Positions 52,501-64,000 of a DNA stretch of 64,000 nucleotides are shown piece by piece. The stretch spans positions 1 to 64,000 of the forward strand of contig NW_018408835.1 in the NCBI RefSeq assembly GCF_002113885.1, read 5' to 3'. The translations under genes were made by a program, and so were the position numbers. Origin of the DNA: Mizuhopecten yessoensis (lineage: Eukaryota). Every line of letters starts with the position of its first letter. Within the stretch, counting starts at the first letter, position 1. Below the pieces are notes generated by a model. That model had not been told where the DNA came from and did not search any database. It saw nothing but the letters and a program-made list of their open reading frames with translations.

Positions 52501-52856
52501 CACCTGGACATGTGAGTACTGTTAAACTTCGATATAAAAAATAAATAGAATATTAATTTATGAACATAGCTAGGGTCTTTGTTATGTCTGAACATGTAGA
52601 TTGCATAACAAATGCTGACGTTTGCTGAATGCATCTTGGTTATTTCAATTATTATTTTCTAACGAGAGAAACTATGAACGATATCACAAAGTTGTACACC
52701 CCTTTGCGCTTACACGGTTTCTGGAGCAGAAATACAAGTTTCAAGTACGTTGACTCCAGGATAAATAGTCTAATCACAAAATTCCTTTCTTCATGCAATA
52801 CACATATGATCTAGCTTTGACTGACAAATTACAAAAAAGAAACCCAAACGAACTGT

Positions 52857-53152
52857 AACAGAGGAATTGGGCATAAAAGACTTCTGTAGCAGAAAAATAC
52901 AAGGGCCACAACTCCTCGAAAAGTTGGCAAATACCAAATAACTGCACATACGATGTACATCTACCGAGTTAGGTTACAACAAAATTCAGCAAAATGTTTA
53001 GGAGGAGATGTGGGTACAAGTATCAAGGACAGACAGACGGACAGGGTGACAAGCAAAATGTTAAAGAGGAGATGCGTTTACAAGTATCAAAGGCAGACAG
53101 ACGGACAGGGTGATCCCTATGTACCACTCAGCTTCGTTTGCGGGGTGTGTAA
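52857..53152 (-). mobile_element. HINE-like element remnant with ~62-bp internal duplication
   Basis: aagggccacaactcc, ggaggagatg, (gaca/gacg)n microsatellite and terminal cttcgtttgcgggg. Confidence 0.65.
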
Positions 53153-53273
53153 ACATAAAAGGATATGAACCTTCACATACAACGTATGTGTTTCTATCCC
53201 AAAACCTTACAGAGATGTTAATATCCAGCCGTTTTGTGCCACCCACTGCTCGGCCCGGCTGTGTCCATCTATA

Positions 53274-53823
53274 TTAGCCCCTGGAGACCAACGATAATGC
53301 AATCAATGCCAAATCGTCTTTGTATTGATCGGAAATAGCCACTCTGTAGTCAACAAGCGTTTTGTTTGATTTCATCTGGGATAATTGGATCAGTGTCATA
53401 AAGGCGCTTGATAATACCCATGGACAGATTTGTCTTGCTAAATCTTGCAGGAAATGTCGTCTTTGTCCTGTTATCATTGTGTCCCGTGTCCTTCCTGATA
53501 ATACAAGATTACATTCGGAAATCGTGCACGCGACGAAATTGACCAACAGGTCACGTAATACAATAAAGCAGCTGTTGTAATACAAACCTTCTGATATCGG
53601 AGTATGTTGTTAACAGACAGAGGTAGATATCGGAAGAAAGTACAGTATCCAGTACCAAACTGTAGCTGCTTGATATAATACAGCTGGCATTTTTATTTGT
53701 ATTGGCGATACTATGATCAATTATAGTACGCTTCAGCTTTGGATTACAATGATTTTCTATTGGGTAACATGGGGAAGCATTAAGCAATATACAAAATAAT
53801 ATCATTTTGAATATAATTTCCAT
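53274..53823 (-). pseudogene. Intronless ~183-codon secreted-protein gene with one apparent frameshift (unidentified family)
   Basis: ATG at 53823 begins signal-like MEIIFKMILFCILLNASPCYP. Two overlapping ORFs (53551-53871, 53274-53585) join with one shift near 53585-53615; ATG-to-TAA span is 550 nt (3n+1). C-terminus conserved in the 41-kb paralog. Confidence 0.6.
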
Positions 53824-55954
53824 AATAACTGGTCGCTTAATCCATTTTTTCCGTAAGAACATTATTTGCATAACTTAATGACAGCACCGCTACATGCATG
53901 GGAGAACATCATATCTAGTGGATTACATTATATAAATGAACAGAAGAATGATCTTTTTACAACATTATGTTGTCATATTTTTAGTACATAATAAAGTTAA
54001 AAACAGAAGATTTAAGCATATGAAATGACAAGTAGGTGAAATACTTTACTGCAGTTCGTGATCTTATGTTTCCATATCAACACATGACATTTGTATTTGT
54101 TTCACATTCCTCATATTCCTTCATGGTAATTCCCTGGGCACCCATCTTCATATGACCATGGTCGTTACAAGGACCAAAAACAGTAGAATACCATGTTTCT
54201 TCAACAGAAACTGATCCGGAAGCCTTCAAGAAAAACCCGATATATAAAAAAAAAAACAACACGTCAGCAAGTTGTGTTCTCAGGAGATTATGTTAATGCG
54301 GACATAAGAAAAAAACAGGATTAAGACATTACTTTGACCATACTGCGAAAAACACAAAACCTTGCCAGGAATACATTCAAAATTGAAAGGAGAATAAGAG
54401 AAAGCAAGGAGTTATCCAGGCTATACATTTGGAGACGCTGAAAAATATAATGGCAAAAAAACTAAAAAAATGCATCTGTCCATTGAGAAATGTTTTAATT
54501 GATCGTAAATAATTAAAAAATGTTCAGTTAAAATCTATATTGACATAAATATTAAGGTTTAAGTATCCTTTCAACACTTAAAATATCCGATATCTTAACA
54601 GATGGGTATCGTAATCCATGTTTCCCGATCCTATTGTAATTTGCAAAGCGGTTAGTTTGTTTGCTTGTTCGGGGTTATTCGTCATTGCTCATGTCATATT
54701 GAAACGGAAATATATGGAGACACTTAAAGGAAAGATTGCGAAAGTAAGAAAATATATATTGTGCAGACTAATTATGTTCTCTTCAATGTCCACTTAGCAG
54801 AAGACACATTTGAAAAAAACGGCTCTTACGACATGCAGTGAGGTAAAGCAGGACTTTTATTCCCCCAAACTTATGTTTCAAAAATATCTTTTTCGGAATT
54901 TTCTAGGTATAATGAATATTTTACATCACACAAAAAATGTCATATTCAAGATACATACAGCTCGATGCCCAAAAACCTGAAAGGTAATTTTCACAAAGTC
55001 GTTATATATATATAGTAATAAAACGAATAAATATGAAACAGAGCTCCCGGGTGTAGCAGAAGAAAAAAAGATAATCACCTTGTAACTCGTATTTATCGCC
55101 ACAACGCCTCCACGGGAAACACCTGTTGGTAATATCGCGGTGCTTAGTAGGATATATGTACTAGGGACGTTAATACATAAACCGAAAAAATGAAATTTAA
55201 AGTCTGAATGACCAGCTTCAGGACCATACTAGCAAAAAAGCCAAGCATTTGATAATGGGAATGATATGATGGTATCACTAAAGAATAATATGAAACTATA
55301 TTAGGAAATCATAAATGACTACATTGAAACTTCAAAAGAATGTTAAAAAAAAGAAAAAAAGGAAGAAATACATAAATATAATGAGCGGACTGGCCAATCA
55401 CAGAAGAGTTGAAAAGCTGACAATTAAGTTCGACTGTTTCGCAAGCAAGCGCCAGCTCACTGAACAGCAAAAAATGGAAATGCCGCATGAGAAAATAATT
55501 GTTCATCAACTATTGTATTCTCACATAGCCTTCATATGCGAATGCAACAATTATGTAGACTTTACTCGTGTAAATTTAACAATCAAATTTGACAATTACA
55601 TGCGTAAAGCAATTGGATGATAATTGAAATATGTATGATTGTATTTAAACAATAACAATTCCTTGATTGACATTTCGTACTTAATTGATTCAGCACATAT
55701 TTTTGTCGAGTTGAAAATGCTTTTTTCCCAAAAACAAATATACATGTTGGAGACTAACAGGATTGCGAGATGCTTTGATAAATTGCCTTTACAGAAATAA
55801 GACCTTACGGGCGGTTTTGGTTGCCTTTAATTTCTCCAAAACATCGGCAAACTTCAGAAGTCTTCATACAAATAAGATAATGGCATTAGGCATGTTTCCC
55901 GGCAAAATAATTGATTTCAACATTTTCACACAATTGAAGTCAATCATCTTCATT

Positions 55955-56541
55955 TGTTTCGGTTTTATTTGGTTAATGTCCTATGGTTACACTGGAGGCG
56001 GAGTTTGGTTTGGTTTAGTATTGTTTAACGTCCTATCGACAGTTACAGTCATTGAAGGAGGGCCTCTCCTGTGTGCAAGATGCATGCGTGTAGTGTATGC
56101 GTGTGTGTTGTGGGAGGCTGTGATATGTTCGTGTCTGTCTCCTTGTGATAGCGCGTAACTGATCAAATTACACTGACAGCGGGCGAACCAGTCGTCCCAC
56201 TCCTAAATTGCTGAGCGTTAAACAAGAGGAGAAGCTACCATTTATACAGACTCTGGTATGTCTCTGTCAGGGGACAGAACCCAAAGCCTTCCTCACAGGG
56301 GCGAACGCTAAATTAAAGGCCAAACGTGATGCATTGTCAATGGAGACATTAAGAAGGAGAATGTTGTTTAGAAAGAAAAGAAAAGATTAGATCCCAAATG
56401 CGGTCGCCTCTTACGGTCATGCAATGGGGGAAGCAGGTACAATTCTTACGCCCAACCTGCAGGGACTTGGAGGCGGGGTATTTGTCTCCTGTCGATAGCG
56501 CGGATCTGATGTTGACTTTAGAGTGATACGTCAGTGAAATA
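55955..56541 (-). mobile_element. Family-A SINE remnant (host) interrupted by a younger insertion
   Basis: Tail at 55955-55992; body resumes at 56477 (gatagcgcggatctgatgttgacttta). Confidence 0.7.
56002..56467 (-). mobile_element. Family-A SINE with ~150-bp 5' leader and 9-bp TSD
   Basis: TSD tggaggcgg at 55993-56001 and 56468-56476; tail, body, tRNA-like head (to ~56322) and extra leader. Confidence 0.85.
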
Positions 56542-59347
56542 TGTTTTTCGAGTTAAGATATCTTTAAAATGCGATTAGAATGAAAACACGATTTCTGAAA
56601 ATGATGTCTATTTTAGAAAAAATAAAGAAATAAATCAATCTAAATTTTAAATATGAATGTGATAGAAAGCATTGAGCCTTTCTAAAACATGATTTTTTCT
56701 TTATTAAACAAATGGTAATTAAATTAGGAAACGATACCAAGAAAACATTTTGTAGCAATGTACAACTTTGATATTAAGTTTATACAGATTATATCGTTTG
56801 TGGTCCACGTTTGATGCATCTATGATAAACAAAATGCCTGTTGATTCACAATTATCACTTATCTGCAGGAAGAATGGTTAATTTTGACGGATCAAATTCG
56901 TGTTCTGAAGTGCTCTGTGAACGGGGAATAGAGAGCAGTCCGTACAAACCTCAATTATAAAAGTACCTAACACGTGTACATCTGAAGAAAATATAATCGA
57001 AGCTTAGAATAAAACATTCCGTTCTTTTTTGAAATGTCAATTGACAAATAGTTGATATATTGGCAAGATTCAAAGGCAGTCGTCATGGCAATCAGGCGAT
57101 CGTAATTGCTTTATTTAAGATTATAATGATGTCTGGTATTGATAGAAATAATTTGAATTAGAAATTCGAACGTTTAAGCAATAAATAGAAAACGATCGCC
57201 GAAAAAAATCTAGAACAATCTTAAAAATATAAAACAAAATTAATGCATATAAAATGGACGTTTTTAACAATAGGCCATGAGTGAATCCAATACGAAGGCA
57301 ACGGTTGTTTTTATATAACCCACTCTTAAGTTGTCAATGAAACTGTTTTACCTCATTTATATCCTCAAGGTTTACAGGTTCTCGTGACCGTTTGGTGTGA
57401 ATAGCCAGACCCTCCATGATTGATATTGTCCAGCCCATCAGAGTGTTATACCCTCATTCCAATTTTCAAGTATTTATTTAAACAAAAATATTTAATTTTC
57501 TTTAAAATGATTCACTCTAGCTACAAATATGTAGTGTATGCGTTAATTAAATTTGCTTAGCCTGTCCCACGTCTGTCATAAGCGTTGCAAGAAGTTGTGA
57601 TGCATTTACACAGTCGATTCAGGAATTTGATATGGTATTAACACTGTCACATGACATTGTAGAGATTGTGGTCTGACCAGAGACTTTTAAATATCATTTC
57701 AGACAATTAAATTGCAGATTGTCACCTTGAAAATGTCGCTTGTTAATGGAAAAAGACATATACGAAATAAACACAGCGTGCAATGTTAGCCTCTGTTGAC
57801 AGGACACGCCTTTTAGCAGCTGGTTGCAATTGACATCGATCGCGTACATGTTGTCTCCATTGGTTAATTATATCCATGAAGAACAATTTAAAATTGGCAG
57901 AGAAATAAATATTTCATTCTCATTCCGTTTTTAATTTTTTTCAAGATATCGATAGCAACATCGTGTCAAATAGTTCCACGAAACAGCTGAAAACAATATT
58001 GATCCAAAACTCAAGGGATTTGATTTCAGACATTTCTAAAAGCGCATTAACACAGAGCCGCCATAGATGGCAAACCAACAGAGAGTGTGTTAACCGTAGA
58101 TTAGGTCGGGAGGGCAAACACCCACGTTTCCCCCTCTATCTTCGTTGGAGGGAGAGGGGGTGCGGTATGATTATATTTTTTTTTTATAAATAGATGCTTA
58201 AGTCGGATCTGCACAGGTATAAACATTTGAAATTGCTCTTCTACTGTTTGACCTAATTTGAAATCGACGCAAAGGGAATGACTTGGTGAAATCAAAAGGA
58301 TTCTGTTTGGTTGGTTTAGCGTCCTATTAAAAGGTATAAAACTCGTGCAATATCAATTTTGATATTTAGTTATTTTAACCGTAATGTTGTGTTTGATATG
58401 TGAACAATCTTTTGAAGTTCCTTCTCACGCTTAATGGCCTTTTGGTGCCGAGGGGCCGTGAAACCTGAACAAACAATCAGCTTAAGTCATTAAGGCCCAA
58501 TATGTGTAAAAAATCAAGAGAAACCGATGTATCAAAACAAATATAAGTCGAACACAACATCGATAACACACGAGCAAAATGTTAATGTAGGAAATGTTTA
58601 CATGGAGACCAATGAAAGAGTAAACGGATAATAAGAGCAAGTGTTCCTGAAGGGCAATGCATGCAAATGTGTAGGAGGCGGTATGTTGTGGACTATTTAT
58701 CCGAGCCCTTGTCTTTCTCACGTTAAAGAAAATTTAAAAATAAAGGCCAAAATTGGTAAGGTGTTAGCAATCAAAAGGAAAACGGTTGATTATAGCATGG
58801 TCAAAGGCGATTACGGTTTATTCAATACACGATGAACCTTCATGTACCTTAGAGTTGGGGCGATCATTGCCAGATCACTGGTTTCTTAACAAGCTGAATG
58901 TGTCGCCCCCCCCCCCACACACACACACAACAATCACATTCGCTCCTGGCAGGAGGAAAGATGCGATTGAACAGCGGTCTATTAAACGTGTGGGCTATTT
59001 TTTGGCGAAGTACAATATTTTCAAATGGCAGTATGCTCCAAGAGGGTATATACAATAGGAATAAGAGTTGTGCCAGGAAAATGTTGAATACATCTTTCCA
59101 ATATTAAATCATAATGTTAAACGTGTCCTGAGCCTAACATCAGCTATAAATCGCATTTATTTGAAATAGGATTATACATGTATAATTGATATTCAGTTAT
59201 TCAGGCCTTTGAGACTATTGTCACAACTTTAACATATGTCCTTCACAATGTATCGTTTATTTGTATATAGCGACCGTGACCACAGTCCCGTGAAAACAAT
59301 CGGATAATAACGTCAATACTATGCATTGCTTTATAACGTTATTTCTG

Positions 59348-59401
59348 ATAATACCCATGGGGTCGAGTTTTACATAATACCCATGGGGTCGAGTTTTACA
59401 T
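59348..59401. repeat. Perfect 26-bp tandem duplication
   Basis: (ataatacccatggggtcgagttttac)2. Confidence 0.95.
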
Positions 59402-59582
59402 TTAAACGAATCGGAAAGGGTTTGTGTCTTATATAAAGGTTATTCGGTACAGAGCATTATGACTCGCAGATAACATGGGAATGCATATATACCATTATTA
59501 AAGCAAGAGGATGTAGTGATTTTCTTCCTTGTTTCCTGCATATGGCGGATTGCATATAATTGAAATTGGTCTGATGCAATCA

Positions 59583-59726
59583 TATAATAATTGGGATGCA
59601 TATATTTTCGTTTTCCACCCATCAAACCCTATTAAAAGCCTCTCAGTTGTTCACATTATAATAATTGGGATGCATACATTTTTTGGTTTTTCACCCATCG
59701 ACCCCTATAAGAGGCTTCTCAGTTGC
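59583..59726. repeat. ~74-bp diverged tandem duplication
   Basis: tataataattgggatgcata...cacccatc...tctcagttg occurs twice. Confidence 0.88.
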
Positions 59727-61374
59727 TTGGCTGATGTCTTTAAATAGTTTTGCGCTCGCATAACTGTATAAACCTTGGGCAAAACAACTCACTTCCTTCC
59801 GTGTCTTGATTTCATTATTTCTTACCGGATACAAGTTACATACACTATCACATCGCCCTTAGTATTAAATTGACCTTATTTGGATCACGTGCACTTCTAG
59901 TTATGTTACGTAATAGGGTTAACTGTACAACATTACAGTCATTCTCAAACTTGGCCGTGTACACCTTTTAAAAGGGCACCTTCATCATTTGACTCATGCT
60001 CTTGCAAGGACGTTTGATTACAAAAAAACAAACCAAGTATCGAAGTAATGATGTATATGCAAGGTGTTCATTTGGCCCGTGTTGACACCTTTCCCGAAAC
60101 TCCTTACATTACCTCTATCACCAGAACGCAATGGCCTAATCAAAGGCTTTGATGGTTTGATGTCTTAACGAACCATTATCACAAATAGGTCATGCAGGGG
60201 AGCAAGGAAGCAGATGAGTAATGTGTACAAAGAAAAACACGAAAGTAAACTAATTGTAAAAAACGACTTAAACCGGAAACACTGCAAAAAGATCCCCTTT
60301 CGTCATTAGGCAAACACGCATTAACACTCCTCGTGATCGTGATGATGTTGACGTCTTGTTTCTTAAAAACCAATGTTGCCGCACAATTTTTAACTCCATA
60401 TTGAAACCTACTTGCACTGGAGTATTGCCATTCGTCATGCGCGATCGTTTTTTCTGCCGTAGTTTTGGTGTTTGGCTCTGGTTTCGTGCTACTCGGCTGT
60501 GAAGAATAATAAGAGTATCAAGTTTATCAAACATGACCTACATATTGAAAGTTAGAATAGGGCCAAACTTTAAAAAAACACTTGAATAGAGAAGGTTGTT
60601 GCATAAAACAATGTACGTGTTTTTATTGTTCAGCACTTCTTTTAATGCAATTATATATTATCGGTGTAGAAAAAAACACCAGATTTTTATTTTGTAAACT
60701 TGTTCAAGGTTTAAAGTTCTAGATATCAATTCGGAAGATGACAGCTTGTCGTTTTATTTGACTACCGCACAATTTCATAAATAAAACAATGTTTACAGTA
60801 CGCGTTTATGCATAGAAGAAATCTTCGCCAAACAACTTTGGATCATACATAGACATTGAGATTTGCGGTAATATGATTTGATGATATAAATTCCAAAACA
60901 TTTCATTTTAAGTGGTCATTTATGATATAAGCGAGCACATCAGTCTCTTCTTACAGTTACAGTCAATTATGTGTCTGTCAAGTCTACTTGAGGGAAATGT
61001 CGGGCCTAGTCTTATATAAATGGACTCATAATAATGTATTTATATAAAATAGACTACTTTTATGGGATGAGAATATGGTGAACCCTTGATCGGTGTGGTC
61101 TCTGGAGTAAATTTGGCTGTAGTCATAATGTCTGAGATGGTTCTTCTGGACAAACGTACAATTCCCGATCCAGTCGCTATAATAACTACTGAAATATAAG
61201 CTTGTTTCCTCAAATGGTTGATATCACGAATTCCTTAACATTGGACTATATATCCTAAAGCAAAACAATGTCTTTTTAGCAATAAAGGATTGTCGATTAT
61301 GGAAGTAGAACACATTACATTACTGGCTTTGCTAAGTAGCATGCATCTTTTTAACCATCATAAGGATATGATGG

Positions 61375-61716
61375 ATATGGGTTCTGTGCCCAGGCAGGGG
61401 CATACCAAAGTCTTAACAAATGGTAGTTGTTATATTCTGCTTAACGTTCAGCATATATGGTAATGGTAACAACTGGTTCACCCATTGACATTTTATAGTG
61501 GGACCGGGTGGAATACTTTGCTGGCTGCCATCGGTATGGTATTTCAGAAAGATAGCACTCGGAAGTCGGCATCAGATCCGCGCTAACAGAGGGGGGCAAA
61601 TGCAACAACACACCCTACCTCATGCACTCATTCTCGTAAGCACGCATAGACAACACAAATGGAGGCACGTCCTTAACTGACCTCAGCTGTTAATAGGACG
61701 TTTATCAAAATAAAAC
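61375..61716 (+). mobile_element. Family-A SINE, near full length
   Basis: gggttctgtgccc...cataccaaagtc...gtcggcatcagatccgcgct...acgtccttaactgacctcagctgttaataggacgtt. Confidence 0.9.
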
Positions 61717-62565
61717 TAATGTAAAACGGAAACTATCATACATGAAACTATTTTACGAAAGCGATCTTCAAATAAATAAATCTAAATGTAAAAACAACTA
61801 TCATATATTGAACTATGTTAAATCTTAAACTTCACCGAACAAAATTATTGGTCTTGGTAGGTTTTGCTTTATCTCAGAATCATCATGTCATCAAATTTAT
61901 ATTCTATTATATTTCATAATTGTCACCAGGGAAATACCATTTAACAGATTATTGCCCTACTTGCCAAGTATTAAATATAATAAGATGTATAAGCATCATT
62001 AAATAAGGATAAAAAAGTTGATACAGAAATACAACGAGAACTAAAGAGACGCCATATTCAAAACGTTGTTTGATTTTTACATCCTTGCAGCAGCTACCTT
62101 CATGTTAATACCGCAATTACATGAACCAGGATACACACTTCAAAGAAACAGGAAGACGAAGGATTGTGATTTTATTATTCTGCTGCGTCTTTAGATTTTT
62201 ACTTACCAACGAAATCAATTGTTACTTAGTTGCTGATCAATTAATGTAATCTGATTTAGTCAAACGTATATCTAAAGTTTTGGTGCACTAGAAGATATGT
62301 TAACCTAGGCCAATCAAAATGTATGGGTACCTTGACATTATCTCACTTTCTCACGCACACATTTCGAAAAAATGGCGTCCCTTATAATCCTGAAATATTT
62401 TTTTGAAAAGGTTTTACCGAAGTGAATGAGGATACATGACAACAACGTTACTTCCGAGGTCACAGAAACATTTTTTTATTTTCTATAGTCATATGAATTT
62501 TGCAAAGAATGCAAAATGCAAAGAATCCATCAATAAATTCCATTTTCGTTCTTTACACGGGAAAT

Positions 62566-62734
62566 GGCATCAGATCCTCGTTATCCCAAGGAGGCAAGTA
62601 CACCAACAAACCCTGTCTCCGGCACACATACATGTACACACATGCCCTAATTCGCAACATATATGGAGGCGAGTTCTTAAATGAACTTAGCTGTTAATAG
62701 AACGTTTAACAAAACAAAACCAAACACAAACAAA
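62566..62734 (+). mobile_element. Family-A SINE 3' part
   Basis: ggcatcagatcc...cttaaatgaacttagctgttaatagaacgtttaacaaaacaaaacc. Confidence 0.85.
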
Positions 62735-63349
62735 TTACAGCGGGAATGGAAATGAAGTCTCCGATCAACAATGGCCAGGGAGGAAAACGGTAGACAAGAG
62801 AATAGACAAAAAGATTCTTAAAACCTTTTACGTCATGCAATTGTTTCATAAGGCCTATTGATTTTCCTGCAAAAGCTGAGGGTTTTCGTTTTGTCTGCCA
62901 CCATCTTTTCAATGCTTGAAATTAATATCTTTATTTCCAATCGCGTCCCTATTTTTCCTTTTGGTGGCGTCTCAACGGGTGCTCGTCATCATATGCCATT
63001 GTTGTAAGGATATCATCAGACAAACAAGTGTCATCTAATGCTTTCGTATTTATTCCCGAGCATACGGACTAGTCATTGATACTTAGAATACGATTATTTA
63101 AGTACAGAATCGGAAACTGCGAAATAATTAAAAGACAAAGCTTGTAAAATAGAAAATTCAAATACAGTAAAAAATCCTGTCCTTTTTGAAATAAACTGAT
63201 AACACTCACGGTACAATAAGTATTGTAACCTGACTCGCTTTATAAATGCATATTAGTCAATTTCGACTGTTTCCCGGACAATTCACCAAACGAACTATAG
63301 CTAATGTGTGCTACCGTAAAACTGTTGACTGGGCACGTGAAACTGTTGA

Positions 63350-63880
63350 CTAGTCACGTGTTAGGTAATCGAACGCACCTATAATTACAAGCACCCCGAT
63401 GATCAAGCGTTTTTGGTACTTGATTGTTGACGGTCGTCTGTCGGTAAACAGGGAAACTGCGACCTCTGGAAACAGTTCATCTGGCGGGTCCCTTCTTCTC
63501 GGGAAAATAGTTCTGACTGTTGACTGATAAGGCATGAAACACCTGTATACTGTCAGACCATGGACACGGGCGTTTGGTACCTCTCGCAGACAAAACATCA
63601 AATCACCTACAGAACCAAAACTTTTAACGGGAAGGAAGTTTCAAAATGTCGAATGATACAGATATGTCACTGGTATTGTAACACTGATTTTGTTTAATTT
63701 TGTGTAAGCCGACACTATATAACTATGAAATGCCTAAACATTAGCCCCGGAAGTATATAGCATTAATGTTAACGTAACAAGTCTTTAAATTGCAAGTCCT
63801 TACCAGCTACCAACACAAAAAATGTCACAAATGCATCAAGGAAGAAAAGGATGGCAAAATGAAAGCACTATACATTTCAT
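63350..63880 (-). pseudogene. Possible distant decayed paralog of the secreted-protein gene
   Basis: MKCIVLSFC start, then NQCYNTSDISVSF, CPW, VFHAL and KTLDHR in the same order as NSCFIVLRDLLVNF, CPW, VFTAL and KTLVDYR. Confidence 0.3.
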
Positions 63881-64000
63881 AAAGAAAAATACAACAAACG
63901 AACAACAGAAAACTCCCCACCCTGCAGAGTCGAAGAATGTTTATTCCTTGTCCTTATGTTGATCCACTGCCTCTATTTCAACATTTGGTATATTTTTCCT

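Larger units (their letters stand above)
58483..60450 (-). mobile_element. Possible heavily decayed LINE (endonuclease, RNase H and zinc-knuckle traces)
   Basis: KQDVNIITITRS (APE-like), GNDR and ACIALQEHLLL in the expected order, ending in tail ttgggccttaatgactt. Confidence 0.35.

Noticed and set aside
63350-63601. IL-17-like reading (CPW...PVYR)
   Set aside because: Cystine-knot cysteines and spacing are absent; ordered motifs fit the local paralog family better.

Overview
Eukaryotic, AT-rich, repeat-dense DNA. Judging by the SINE, Helentron-type and LINE families, it is most likely a bivalve mollusc (inference). I found no intact recognisable protein-coding gene, rRNA, tRNA or CRISPR array, and most listed ORFs are spurious. 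Contents: (1) Three multi-kb satellite arrays: 40/42 bp at 5.2-9.05 kb, 38 bp at 18.7-23.7 kb and 25/35 bp at 27.6-29.3 kb, plus smaller minisatellites. The two largest arrays are homologous, and each grew from the same segment of a short dispersed retro-element whose unexpanded copies are also in the window. (2) Many tRNA-derived SINEs, I/Nimb-type LINE remnants sharing their 3' tail, three 186-bp TA-flanked MITEs, Helentron-associated (HINE-like) elements, and a 3.3-kb decayed PIF/Harbinger-like transposon spanning a 255-N gap. (3) Between the repeats, a same-strand (minus) series of decayed paralogs of an unidentified ~180-aa signal-peptide protein. The best copy is 53274-53823 with a single frameshift; a clear paralog lies at 41.0 kb and a more decayed one at 30.2 kb, with progressively weaker traces at 44, 63, 25, 18 and 5 kb. 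All alignments were made by eye and need computational confirmation.
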